DNA of 63,386 bases, filler included. It is 8 parts of 8 records of this genome, joined end to end, with 100 filler letters (N's around TTAATTAATTAA, not from the genome) between each part and the next. Parts side by side here need not be neighbours in the genome. Positions count along the whole stretch, not along the records: positions 29,917 to 40,122 come from SRR31156797_43056; positions 40,223 to 48,608 come from SRR31156797_43076; 6 more parts are not named here. One strand, 5' to 3'. Positions 31,617-41,998 of the stretch are shown in pieces. The position numbers were made by a program, and so were the translations under genes. Below the pieces are notes generated by a model that was given only the letters and a program-made list of their open reading frames with translations, was not told the DNA's origin and searched no databases. Position 1 is the first letter of the stretch, and each line of letters opens with the position of its first letter.

Positions 31617-31878
31617 AACCCCGAGCTTCTCGAGGGGTAAATATTTATAAAAAGCCATGGGTGTAACCCATGGATAATAAATCTACATATAATCCAACCC
31701 TGACTTTATGGAAGGGTTGACCATATTGGATAATAATTTCAAAACATTCTCTCCATTTTTAAGGTCAACCTTTCGATCCCGAAGCATCGGGACTCAAGGT
31801 TGAAATGTTTATTGAATAAATAAACCCGACATTTCATGTCGGGCTATGTTTAATTTACCCCTCGACAAGCTCGGGGTT
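31617..31878. repeat. Nested inverted-repeat (REPIN/MITE-like) element
   Basis: 26-bp terminal inverted repeats (25/26 match) at 31617-31642 and 31853-31878 enclosing symmetric hairpins. Confidence 0.75.
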
Positions 31879-31898
31879 ATGAATCATTCCCTACCTCT

Positions 31899-33029
31899 TT
31901 ATTTCTTCGAATTCTCTTTTATCAGTGCTTCATACTCTTCGTATGTCTTCTCCAGTTTTTCTTCCAGTTTCTTGATCTCTTCATTTTGCTCGTCAAGCTG
32001 TGCATTTTGTTCATCGAGATCTAAGAATTTTAAAAGCAATTGTGTCTTTTCATGTTCAGGATCAATTTTTAAAATACGATCGATCGCCTCTCTGGAAGAA
32101 ATATACATTTTCTGTTCTTTGTATGATAAGGCCAGATAGTAAAGCGCTTTTATATTAGTTGAATCTTTTGTAACGGCATTGCGATAAGCATCAATTTCTT
32201 TAACATAATACCCTTGATTATGGTATGCATGGCCCAATGCGATATATATCTCAGGATCCGGATTGAGAATAAGCGCTTGTTTATACAGCATAAGCGCTTT
32301 TTCAACTTCTTTACTGTCAATATAAAATGCAGCCAAATTCAGAACACCTTTGCTATGCCCTGGACATCTATTAACAAGCTTTTCATATTCCTCTATTGCT
32401 TGTTTTTCCAGTTTTAGTTTCCAATATGTAATGGCAAGATTGTATCTGGCATTACAGAATTCAGGATCAAACTTGATCGCTTTTTTGTAATGGGTAACCG
32501 CGATATTGAGTTTTTTCTCTCTTAAATAGATATTGGCAAGATTATAGTTTATCCGCGCACTGTTTGGGTCTTCTTTTAAAGCCTGTTGAAGCAGATTTTT
32601 GGCTTTTACATATTTACCTTGAGACACATATAAATTAGCTAAATTATTGTAGGGAAAAGCATAATTCGGGCCAAACTCAATCGCTTTTTTGAAATAATTT
32701 TCAGCTTCTTTATAATTATTGATTTTCAAGTAAGTGTTTGCAAGTCCATTTAAGGCAAAAACATATTCAGGATCTGATTCAAGCGCAATCTTGAATTTTT
32801 CAATAGCCCGAAGAACCTTGCCCTGCTCCGCCAGCATATTCGCTTCCTGAGTATATTGAATAACGTTTTCAAAATACTCTTGAGTATAATATTTACCTTG
32901 AGATGATGCCGATTCTTTCTGTAAAATATCATGTACACCATATTCAATGGTCACATTTTCCATAGGAATTTCATCAGCAAACAATAAAGCAGTAAATATC
33001 AGTAATATCAGTGCTTTATAGAATTTCAT
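31899..33029 (-). CDS. Secreted TPR repeat protein
   Basis: Signal peptide and many TPR repeats (YNNLAN, YNLAN). Confidence 0.9.
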   Translation of the reverse strand: MKFYKALILLIFTALLFADEIPMENVTIEYGVHDILQKESASSQGKYYTQEYFENVIQYTQEANMLAEQGKVLRAIEKFKIALESDPEYVFALNGLANTYLKINNYKEAENYFKKAIEFGPNYAFPYNNLANLYVSQGKYVKAKNLLQQALKEDPNSARINYNLANIYLREKKLNIAVTHYKKAIKFDPEFCNARYNLAITYWKLKLEKQAIEEYEKLVNRCPGHSKGVLNLAAFYIDSKEVEKALMLYKQALILNPDPEIYIALGHAYHNQGYYVKEIDAYRNAVTKDSTNIKALYYLALSYKEQKMYISSREAIDRILKIDPEHEKTQLLLKFLDLDEQNAQLDEQNEEIKKLEEKLEKTYEEYEALIKENSKK

Positions 33030-34320
33030 ACAGATCTCCCTTCATGGTGAATCCATTTTCACTAACATGAAAGCGATCTTTGATCTCTTTGCCAAGTTTT
33101 TCGGCGGCTGTTTTCTTATCGGTATGCAAAGTGACCAAAAGGTCGCCTTTATTTACTTTATCTCCAAGATGCTTATGAACGATCAATCCGGCTTTGGGAT
33201 CTATAACATCCGTGATCGCCCTGCGTCCTGCTCCAAGCTCAATCGCATCCAAACCCAATTGGTAGGTGTCTATGTAGGATATCGTGCCTTCACGGGCAGA
33301 TTTAACCTCAATTATATACTCTGGCTTCGAGTATAGCTCCGGTTTTTCAAGATATTTTACATCGGCACCTTGAATTTCCGATATTTTCAAGAATGCTTCG
33401 AATGCAGCACCATTATCTAAAAGGGTTTCAAGCTCTTTTCTGATCTCGGCTTCCGGTCTTTTAGGATCTGCCATTGACAGCATTTGGCCTGTCAGAACCA
33501 GGGACAATTCTCTGACCTCCTTCGGACCTCCCCCTTTTAAAACATCCAGCGATTCTTCCACTTCCAACCAGTTTCCGATCTTATCACCGAGAGGTTGGTT
33601 CATATCCGTAATAACGGGACGTACCGATAAGCCATAAGCTTCACCGAAATACTTCAATTGTTCGGCAAGATTCTTCGTTTCTTCATATTTTGATATAAAT
33701 GCACCGTTTCCGGTCTTCACATCCAGTACGAGACCTTTAATACCTTCCGCTATCTTTTTACTGAGAATAGAACCACAGATCAATGGAATAGAGCGTACAG
33801 TTGCCGTTACGTCACGCAAGGCATATAACATTTTATCGGCAGGACAAAGATCTGCAGTCTGACCGATCAAGGCACAACCGATCTTATCTGTTTGTTTTTT
33901 AAAATCTTCCAATGACATTTGTGTAGAAAAACCGGGAATACTTTCAAGTTTATCCAAGGTTCCACCGGAATGCCCCAATCCACGTCCGGAGATCATAGGT
34001 ACTTTAACTTTTCCGCTAGCCATTGCAAGTGGAGCCAATATTAAGGATATCTTATCCCCTACACCACCCGTACTGTGTTTATCGGCATAATAGGTGCTTT
34101 TATCTTCAAATTGAACTCTCTTACCGCTATTGAGGATCACATCGATATAGGCATTGATCTCTTCAGCTTCCATGCCTTTGAAAAAGACGGTCATCAAAAA
34201 AGCGGCCATTTGATAGTCGGGGATATTCTTGTTCACATAACCATCTACAAGAAATCTGATCTCATCCTTATTAAGAGCCTGTCCACTTTGTTTTTTTTCA
34301 ATTAATGTATAGGGCAGCAT
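33016..34320 (-). CDS. pdp: Pyrimidine-nucleoside/thymidine phosphorylase
   Basis: DKHSTGGVGDK, SGRGLGHSGGTLDKLESIPG and LRDVTATV motifs. Confidence 0.93.
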   Translation of the reverse strand: MLPYTLIEKKQSGQALNKDEIRFLVDGYVNKNIPDYQMAAFLMTVFFKGMEAEEINAYIDVILNSGKRVQFEDKSTYYADKHSTGGVGDKISLILAPLAMASGKVKVPMISGRGLGHSGGTLDKLESIPGFSTQMSLEDFKKQTDKIGCALIGQTADLCPADKMLYALRDVTATVRSIPLICGSILSKKIAEGIKGLVLDVKTGNGAFISKYEETKNLAEQLKYFGEAYGLSVRPVITDMNQPLGDKIGNWLEVEESLDVLKGGGPKEVRELSLVLTGQMLSMADPKRPEAEIRKELETLLDNGAAFEAFLKISEIQGADVKYLEKPELYSKPEYIIEVKSAREGTISYIDTYQLGLDAIELGAGRRAITDVIDPKAGLIVHKHLGDKVNKGDLLVTLHTDKKTAAEKLGKEIKDRFHVSENGFTMKGDLYEIL

Positions 34321-34321
34321 A

Positions 34322-35728
34322 TTATTCCTTATTTGTTTTCTTAAATCTGTTAAATAGTTTTTCCAGCCATCGGGGAACTCGTACGGTTAAATGCTCTCTA
34401 ATGGCATATCGAACCAGGATCATCCCAAGGATGGCAAAAATGATGTTCGCCGACCACATGGCAAGCCAGGGCGACATAAGCAACCTGTCCGCCAACCTTT
34501 CTCCTGTCATCAATATCCCCCAGTAAATGAGGAAAAATGCCAAGCTGATACCACCCGATGTTCCCAAACCACCTCTTTGAACGATCATACCCAAAGGCGC
34601 ACCGATCAGCACAAATATAATAGCCGAAACCGGCATGGCGATCTTCTTATGCATTTCAACCAGATATTTACTTTCGGTCTGTTTGTATCTTCTGGCCATA
34701 TCTTTAAAGGATTTGATCCGCATTTTTGTATTTTCCAGTGCACGGATTCTTTCTCTGAGTGCTTTTTTCTCGTCTTTTTTCAATCCTACTGAGGCTGATG
34801 AGTCCTTTACTGTATTTATCGCCTCATTAATGACCTTCATCCCATGCTCCGGTTTTACGCCTGATGTATCCAGTCCGGATTGAGCCAGGTTCTTTAATAC
34901 ATTCATTTCAGTTTTAAGTGAAAGATCGCGATATTCGTCCAGTTTTTTGTACATATCCATAATGGACATCTCGCGATCGCTTCGATATTTTGAATCCCGG
35001 CGTTTCAATTCCAGATTTTGTACCGCAACGATCATCCGGTATTTATCAAAACTTGATCGCCTGTATTCGGAGGTATTTCCCTGCAAATACTCGTGATACT
35101 CCCCTTCTTCTAGATTTAACACGACCTTGTCGCCAATTACCTCAAGCTTACCACTCTTTGCCCAAATGGTCTCTTGAACATTATTGGCATCATGGTATAC
35201 GAGAATATCATAGAGTTTATCATCATGCTTTTCTCTTATCAATATCCGATAATTCGGTATATCATCAAGAAAATAACCCGCATCAAAGTTGATATCAGGA
35301 TGCTTGTAGGCAATATCTTGCCTTAAAAGTTTGTATTTGTGGTTCGCGTCCGGCAGCACATTATTGTTGTAAAATAGCATTCCGACGCAAACAACAGTTG
35401 CGAACAACAGTGACGAGATAAGTATTCTTGAAAAATTAATACCTGAAGCGCGCCAGGCAGTGATCTCGTTATCCTCTCCAAATCGTCCAAAAGCCATCAA
35501 TACAGCAATAAATACAGCTACAGGCACAACTTCAGCAAAGATCGGTGCCAAACTCAGGACCATAAACTCAGAAATGACCATGAATCCAAGATCTTTACCA
35601 ACAAGTTTATCTATCTGAGAGATCAGATACTGTACCAAAAATATGAAAGAAAATACAAACAGTGCTCCCAGAAAAGGAAATAAATGCTCTTTAAAAACAT
35701 AACGGTGTATTTTCTTTATACCGAACAT
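34322..35728 (-). CDS. LptF/LptG family LPS export permease
   Basis: 3+3 TM layout; EITAWRASG and HKKIAMP motifs. Confidence 0.88.
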   Translation of the reverse strand: MFGIKKIHRYVFKEHLFPFLGALFVFSFIFLVQYLISQIDKLVGKDLGFMVISEFMVLSLAPIFAEVVPVAVFIAVLMAFGRFGEDNEITAWRASGINFSRILISSLLFATVVCVGMLFYNNNVLPDANHKYKLLRQDIAYKHPDINFDAGYFLDDIPNYRILIREKHDDKLYDILVYHDANNVQETIWAKSGKLEVIGDKVVLNLEEGEYHEYLQGNTSEYRRSSFDKYRMIVAVQNLELKRRDSKYRSDREMSIMDMYKKLDEYRDLSLKTEMNVLKNLAQSGLDTSGVKPEHGMKVINEAINTVKDSSASVGLKKDEKKALRERIRALENTKMRIKSFKDMARRYKQTESKYLVEMHKKIAMPVSAIIFVLIGAPLGMIVQRGGLGTSGGISLAFFLIYWGILMTGERLADRLLMSPWLAMWSANIIFAILGMILVRYAIREHLTVRVPRWLEKLFNRFKKTNKE

Positions 35729-35784
35729 GGATTAAAATACATAAATAGAATATTAGTTAAAAGAAAAGAATTTGTCGTAATTTC

Positions 35785-36525
35785 TTAGGAATACGAATGC
35801 AATCCACTCAACAACCAGGTCACGCCAAAATAGGTAAACAATACGGTCAAAGCAGTTACAATTACGATCAAGGCCTGTCGTTTGCGATCATTTGTATGAA
35901 AATAAAGCGACAATACGATCAAATTGATCAGAGCCCAGGTTTCTTTGGGATCCCAGGACCAATAGCTTCCCCAACTTATTTGTCCCCAAATAGCGCCGGT
36001 CACCATTCCTACAGACATAAAGATCATCGCCAGAGAAACATCCATATCCATCTGTTCATCGTAGGGCAAAATAGTTTTGCGACTGAATGAACGGATAAGA
36101 GCCATGATCAAGGCCGAAAACAAGGCTACGTATCCAAATAAGTACGATGGTACGTGTATGTACATCCAGGGATTGTTCAAGGCCGGCATAACGGGACTGA
36201 TCACCCGGGTTTCCGCTGGCAGCAGTATTAATACGCTAATAAAGGCAAGCACCAATGCTTTTTGAAGTATTTTTACAACAGCAGACGTACTTTTTTGAAA
36301 AAACAGGAATTTTACCTGCATCAGCCAGGAAAGTAATAATAGTGACTCAAAAACATTCGTAAAGGGCGGATGCTTAGCCATAACTGATCTTAAAATCAGT
36401 ATTGCCAGATGTAAAACCAAAGCAAGATATGATAAGATCACTGATATCGATCTTTTTTTAATAGCTTCTAATACGATCAACAATACATAGATCGAAGCAA
36501 GGATGATCAGCAGGATCATTTCCAT
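35785..36525 (-). CDS. ccsA: Cytochrome c biogenesis protein CcsA/ResC (system II)
   Basis: WWD motif WGSYWSWDPKETW, conserved His residues, C-terminal GLHSY. Confidence 0.9.
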   Translation of the reverse strand: MEMILLIILASIYVLLIVLEAIKKRSISVILSYLALVLHLAILILRSVMAKHPPFTNVFESLLLLSWLMQVKFLFFQKSTSAVVKILQKALVLAFISVLILLPAETRVISPVMPALNNPWMYIHVPSYLFGYVALFSALIMALIRSFSRKTILPYDEQMDMDVSLAMIFMSVGMVTGAIWGQISWGSYWSWDPKETWALINLIVLSLYFHTNDRKRQALIVIVTALTVLFTYFGVTWLLSGLHSYS

Positions 36526-37313
36526 AACAGCCTCCTCACCCTATCAGCGATCAAGGTTACAAGAAAAGCCAATGCAATGATAAGCAAAGGTGTATGACCT
36601 TTTACCTCGACATATTCAAGTACAGTTGCCATTTCCGGTTCCCCTGGCTTGACCTTCATGCTTTCTTCAAAAAAATTCGATGCCCTGCCAACCGGCAGAT
36701 AAAAAAGTATATCATTATACCGAACAGCAGCACGATTCAATATGGGATCATACTCAAGAAATGAGAACTTTATTCCCTTAAGTTCGCCATGCTGTCCTTC
36801 AAATAATCTCAATGTATCCGAATACTGAAATTGAAAAGGAATGATCTTCCTGTATGAGGATTGATACAACCTTATCCTGTCTTTTTTATATGGATGGTTG
36901 ACTGTGATGGAGCTTTGCTCACCATCTACCAATAATGTGCTTTCATAATGGACTGCTTTGGATGATCCGGCTTCATGACGGATAGAAAAATCCATTAACT
37001 CCAGTTCAAGGGTTCCTGAAACTGTCTCTACTTCATATTTTCCACCTGTACCCAGAGTAATGGGGAAACGATCATTGCTCATTTTTACATAGATGGATGT
37101 TCCGATCAATAAAGCAAGAAGTAAATGAAGGGCTTTTGAGATCATACCCTGTACAAACACAACACTTGCCAGAGTCAATATTGCATAAACAGCATAGCAA
37201 ATTCTAAAAAATAATGAGCTTAATATTGGTGGCGATAGAATGCTTGCCAAGATAAGCATAAGGATCAAGATCAAAGATGATATGAGGTATAGATTTTTAA
37301 GGATTTTTACCAT
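36516..37313 (-). CDS. Short ResB/CcsB-like protein
   Basis: Three N-terminal TMs with a His, VNHPY...LYQSSY motif, C-terminal TM; overlaps ccsA. Confidence 0.65.
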   Translation of the reverse strand: MVKILKNLYLISSLILILMLILASILSPPILSSLFFRICYAVYAILTLASVVFVQGMISKALHLLLALLIGTSIYVKMSNDRFPITLGTGGKYEVETVSGTLELELMDFSIRHEAGSSKAVHYESTLLVDGEQSSITVNHPYKKDRIRLYQSSYRKIIPFQFQYSDTLRLFEGQHGELKGIKFSFLEYDPILNRAAVRYNDILFYLPVGRASNFFEESMKVKPGEPEMATVLEYVEVKGHTPLLIIALAFLVTLIADRVRRLLWK

Positions 37314-37828
37314 TGAGATGTCAATTCAGTAAGGACTTTATCCGCCATTTTATCCATTAACAACTCCAGAGCTGTTTCACGATCGATCTGATCATCCGGT
37401 GACAAAGAATTATTGTATGAGTCACTATTATATACCTGATAATCATTCAATACATTCTTCATCATTTCAGCATCATTCACTTTATCATACCAGCTGAAAT
37501 CAATATTGATACTTAACCTGTATTCCTTAACTACATCGCTTTCATCGTAGGAGTACACTTTATCGGAAATAGATGTGATCGTAGTATAAATGATCGAATG
37601 TGCTACAGATTCATCACTTAAAGGTAAGATATTTTCCAACTGCATTTTTTCGATCAGCATCTCGGTCATATCCTGTCCAAGATTGAATTCAGCTGTATTG
37701 TTTTTTGTTTGGTTAATAGCAGCACTCTTAATATGAGGTGGAATGGTACCGGGTCGCGTTGAATACATCCAGATACAACCTGAAAGCAGAAAAGCAGCTA
37801 ATATGAGCAATATTACTATCTTTTTCAT
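37307..37828 (-). CDS. LptE family lipoprotein
   Basis: Lipobox LSGC; PPHIKS and NNTAEFNLG motifs; C-terminal W. Confidence 0.75.
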   Translation of the reverse strand: MKKIVILLILAAFLLSGCIWMYSTRPGTIPPHIKSAAINQTKNNTAEFNLGQDMTEMLIEKMQLENILPLSDESVAHSIIYTTITSISDKVYSYDESDVVKEYRLSINIDFSWYDKVNDAEMMKNVLNDYQVYNSDSYNNSLSPDDQIDRETALELLMDKMADKVLTELTSQW

Positions 37829-37830
37829 AT

Positions 37831-38601
37831 CTATATCTCCATTTCGATGCCAACAGGGCAATGGTCAGAACCCAGGACTTTATCAAGAATGAAAGCATCT
37901 TTGATATTGTCTTTTAATTCAGGGCTGACATAAAAGTAATCGATCCTCCATCCCACGTTATTAACACGTGCGTTCGCTCTGTAAGACCACCAGGAATATC
38001 TGTCTTTTTCATTCGGATGCATCAATCGAAAAGTATCAATATAACCCGCTTCTTCAAAACGGTCCATCCAAGCACGCTCAATGGGGAGAAATCCCGAAGT
38101 TTTCTCATTTTGTTTGGGTCTTGCAAGATCGATAGGATGATGAGCCGTATTATAATCACCGCAAATTACCAGACCCTTGCCTTTTTCTTTTCTGATCTTT
38201 TCAAAATAATCCAGACATTGGTCATAAAAGTCCAGTTTGAACTGTAAACGGATCTCATCTTTTTGCCCATTTGGAAAGTAAATATTAAAAAAGATGAATT
38301 TCTCATATTCCAGCATGATCACACGGCCTTCCGTGTCATTCCAGCCGAATTTAAACCCGGTTTCTATTACCTTGGGAGTATTTTTTGTATAGACCCCTAC
38401 TCCGCTATAGCCTTTTTTTTCTGCAGAATAAAAGTGACTTTCATAACCGGCATGATCCGTTAATTCGGGTGTCAATTGATCTATTTGGATCTTTGTTTCC
38501 TGTATTCCTAAAACATCTGGCTGGAAATCCTTAATAAAATCAGCAAAACCTTTTTTAGTAACTGCACGTAAACCGTTGACGTTCCATGATAATAATTTCA
38601 T
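37831..38601 (-). CDS. xth: Exodeoxyribonuclease III
   Basis: SWNVNGLR, QETK, GDYNTAH, GWRIDY and SDHCP motifs. Confidence 0.95.
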   Translation of the reverse strand: MKLLSWNVNGLRAVTKKGFADFIKDFQPDVLGIQETKIQIDQLTPELTDHAGYESHFYSAEKKGYSGVGVYTKNTPKVIETGFKFGWNDTEGRVIMLEYEKFIFFNIYFPNGQKDEIRLQFKLDFYDQCLDYFEKIRKEKGKGLVICGDYNTAHHPIDLARPKQNEKTSGFLPIERAWMDRFEEAGYIDTFRLMHPNEKDRYSWWSYRANARVNNVGWRIDYFYVSPELKDNIKDAFILDKVLGSDHCPVGIEMEI

Positions 38602-38651
38602 TATTCCTCCAAAGATTGAGCTAATTTAAAGATATTATTGTTTGAATAAAA

Positions 38652-38678
38652 TAAAAAACCTTCCATAAAGGAAGGTTT
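38652..38678 (-). terminator. Intrinsic terminator after rpmB
   Basis: AAACCTTCC/GGAAGGTTT stem followed by a T-run on the minus strand. Confidence 0.7.
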
Positions 38679-38702
38679 AAAATCTAATTTGCCAAAAATT
38701 AT

Positions 38703-38891
38703 TTATGCTTTTTCAACACGACCGGACTTAATACATTGTGTGCAAACTTTAATACGTTTGACCGAACCATCTACTTTAGCACGAACTCTCTGTAAATTGG
38801 GTTCCCAACGACGACGAGTTCTATTATTAGCATGACTTACATTGTTGCCATATTGTGGCTTCTTTCCGCATATGTCACATACTTTTGCCAT
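38703..38891 (-). CDS. rpmB: 50S ribosomal protein L28
   Basis: [10 protein letters not shown]...[20 protein letters not shown]. Confidence 0.97.
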   Translation of the reverse strand: MAKVCDICGKKPQYGNNVSHANNRTRRRWEPNLQRVRAKVDGSVKRIKVCTQCIKSGRVEKA

Positions 38892-39294
38892 TTTATCTCC
38901 TTCACATTATCAAAAGCCTGCTAATATCTAACATTAATGGCAACAAATCAAGTATTTTTTATGATTTTATGTCTTTGACGCGATGACTTGACTATTTTGA
39001 CAGAATAACAGGATATTTTTAATAATTTCTAACAAGATTACAGGATGTACTGGATTAATTTTGCCTGCTCGCCGAAATAGTTCGGCTACGAAGACTCTAC
39101 TTTAGTGAGGGTGTTGCCCAGTCCTTCTAATAACCGAGTTTAAACCTGTGAATTTTGGGGTTAAAACCCCTATTATTGTTTAAAAAGCAAACCCCGAGCT
39201 AAAGCTCGGGGCTCCTAAATAGAATAATTTTATCACATATAGAAATTAAATTACAATTTTATTCATCTTCCACTCATCACTTATAACTCATCAC

Positions 39295-40086
39295 TCATAA
39301 CTTCTTCCCCAAACAATGCCCTTTGGGCTCACCTTCGTCGATCTCAAAACCAAGAAATGTTACATCTTTGCCTCCAGAGGATATAACTTTACCCAATCCA
39401 AGAGCCTGTTCATAACTATCAATTAACCTGAATGCATTTTTATGATAATTTACCTTATTACTTACCATGACGGCATCACGCAAATTGGATTCAAATTCGC
39501 CATTCCATGCATATTGAAAGAAATTCGGTTCATCCTTTTGATTAAAATAGATGCTTTTGCCAAAATACAGAGGTCCCAAAACACCAAACATAAGATCTGC
39601 AACAGATGAAATGCCTTCTGGACAGTAGACCGCACCCTCTCTGAATAACTTGAAAGTATTCCCTATTGCTTGAGCTGCTACGAGAATATTGTACTGGGAA
39701 AATTCAAATGTATCGTTCAATATAAAAGCTTTATCATCCAAACGAACATAGGGAGGCTCAAAGAAATCGATATTCTGAAGTTCATGAATGGATATTTCTT
39801 TCATAATACTCCAGGGAATCACAAATTTCAATTCAAAAGGAATCCCTTTATACAATTTAGCCAATAGATTCAATATATCGTATTGATCATCTTTTAATTG
39901 AGCTGAAATGCAATACTGAAGCAATTGTGAATAACTAATATCCAATTCTGCAGTTTTAAGAGCTATTTTATCAGGCATTTCCCGGGCATGTTGCATCAAC
40001 ATAGACCCAAAATTAGGGAATGGAACGATCTTTTCAGTGTAAGGTATGCCTACATATTCATTATTTCTTTTCATAGTTCTATTCAT
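39295..40086 (-). CDS. Hypothetical protein with a degenerate AMP-binding (ANL)-like N-terminus
   Basis: HAREMPDKIAL...ISYSQL resembles ANL enzymes, but the TSGTTG loop is missing. Confidence 0.5.
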   Translation of the reverse strand: MNRTMKRNNEYVGIPYTEKIVPFPNFGSMLMQHAREMPDKIALKTAELDISYSQLLQYCISAQLKDDQYDILNLLAKLYKGIPFELKFVIPWSIMKEISIHELQNIDFFEPPYVRLDDKAFILNDTFEFSQYNILVAAQAIGNTFKLFREGAVYCPEGISSVADLMFGVLGPLYFGKSIYFNQKDEPNFFQYAWNGEFESNLRDAVMVSNKVNYHKNAFRLIDSYEQALGLGKVISSGGKDVTFLGFEIDEGEPKGHCLGKKL

Positions 40087-40122
40087 GCCTGCTGGTAAAG
40101 ACGCAGCAATGCTGCGTCTCTA

Positions 40123-40222
40123 NNNNNNNNNNNNNNNNNNNNNNNNNNNNNNNNNNNNNNNNNNNNTTAATTAATTAANNNNNNNNNNNNNNNNNNNNNN
40201 NNNNNNNNNNNNNNNNNNNNNN
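40123..40222. other. Artificial contig spacer
   Basis: N-run with TTAATTAATTAA. Confidence 0.98.
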
Positions 40223-41838
40223 ATGGTGTGCCGGATGAGTGTTCCCTGGAGACTCTTGTGCTGGATCTCGGCAGTGGAGTTATCCTTGAGATGGTGCAGA
40301 TTCCGGGTGGTTCGTTCCTGATGGGTACAGAGAGTGCGGATCATACCTGGTTCGAGAAGAGCAGACCCGTACACAACGTGATGATCGAGAATGGTCTTTA
40401 TGTGGGGATGTTCGAGGTGACGCAGGAACAGTGGCAGATAGTGATGGGGACGAGTCCTTCCGGTTTTCCGGGGAATGATCGTCCCGTCGAGCAGGTGAGC
40501 TGGTTTGAAGCGCAGGATTTCTGTTCCGCCGTATCGGATTTGACAGGGCACGAGATCCGGCTGCCGAGTGAGGCGGAATGGGAGTACGCATGCCGGGCGG
40601 GTACGACAACGAAGTATTTCTTCGGGGATGAGGATTCGCTTCGCGGGGATTACATCTGGTACCTGGATACGATCGGGGACCAGACTCAGCCGGTTGGGAC
40701 AAAACTGCCGAACGCGTGGGGATTGTATGACATGCTGGGGAACGTCTTCGAATGGTGTGAAGATAACTGGCATGATGATTACACCAATGCCCCTGTAGAT
40801 GGCAGCGCGTGGACAACTGACGGGGATCAGTCGCAGCATGTCTTCCGTGGCGGGAACTGGAACTGTACCGGACATAAGCTGTACTGTGCGTACCGGGACC
40901 GTGGGCCGACCGATGTGCACAGTGCCGGACACGGGTTTCGGGTGGTTGCGTCGATTCCGGACTGCAATCAGAATGGTGTTTCCGATGCACATGACATTTC
41001 GGACGGTACCAGCCTGGATTGCAATACAAACGGGATTCCCGACGAATGCGATATCGCTGATGGAACCAGTGATGACATCAACTCCAATGGCCTTCCGGAC
41101 GAGTGCGATCCCGAACTGACGGAAGTGGCGTTTGACCTGGGCGGAGGCGTGATGCTGGAGGCAGTCCGGATCGAGGCCGGGTCATTCATGATGGGTACTG
41201 ACAGTACCGATCATTCGTGGTTCTCGTCAAGCCGGCCCGTGCACAGCGTGACATTCGAAAACAGCTTCTTCATGGGGCGGTTCGAGGTGACACAGGAACA
41301 GTGGCTGGCGGTGATGGGAACATCTCCATCCTACTTTTCCGGATGTGATGATTGTCCAGTGGAGCAGGTGAACTGGTATGAAGCGAGAGATTTCTGTGCC
41401 TCCGTGTCGAACCTGATCGGGTATACGGTCCGGCTTCCGAGTGAGGCGGAGTGGGAATATGCGTGCCGGGCGGGTACAACGACGAAGTATTTCTTCGGGG
41501 ATGATGATTCGCTTCGCGGAGATTACATCTGGTACCTGGATACCATCGGCGACCAGACCCAGCCGGTCGGGACGAAGCTTCCGAATGATTGGGGATTGTA
41601 TGATATGCTGGGGAATGTCTTCGAATGGTGTGAGGACAACTGGCATGGAGACTACAATGGGGCTCCTGCAGACGGCAGTGCCTGGACAGCAGAAGGGGAT
41701 CAGTCACAGCATGTCTTCCGTGGTGCTAACTGGAACTGTACCGGGCATAAGCTGTACTGCGCCTACCGGGACCGGGGTTCGACGGGAGTGCACAGCGCCG
41801 GACATGGATTCCGGGTGGTGATTGAATTTCCGGAGTAG
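40223..41838 (+). CDS. Tandem FGE-sulfatase (SUMF1/CLec-fold) domain protein with DCNxNG repeats (5' truncated)
   Basis: Two copies of FxMG...EVTQ...PVEQV...RLPSEAEWEYACRAG...GLYDMLGNVFEW...GFRV. Confidence 0.92.
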
Positions 41839-41899
41839 AAACGAACAGACAAGACAACTACTACTCGTTATTCGTCCTACGCTTTTGATGAGAAACAGG

Positions 41900-41929
41900 T
41901 CCGGGGAACCACTTGCGTGGTTCCCCGGA
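41900..41929. terminator. Perfect 13-bp hairpin between convergent genes
   Basis: TCCGGGGAACCAC-TTGC-GTGGTTCCCCGGA. Confidence 0.7.
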
Positions 41930-41998
41930 ATCGTACTACTCAGTTGAACTGGTGATGTTTTTAGAATCCAAGGACGTTCAGGTTAACTATTCTCTCCC

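Noticed and set aside
31575-31878. CRISPR array
   Set aside because: The units are inverted and dissimilar rather than direct repeats with regular spacers, and there are no cas genes. I found no CRISPR array, tRNA or rRNA anywhere in the window.
40558-41820. The two FGE repeats as a DGR template/variable repeat pair
   Set aside because: Both copies are in-frame coding domains, the mismatches are mainly synonymous and include C/T and G/C changes rather than adenine-specific ones, and no reverse transcriptase is present.
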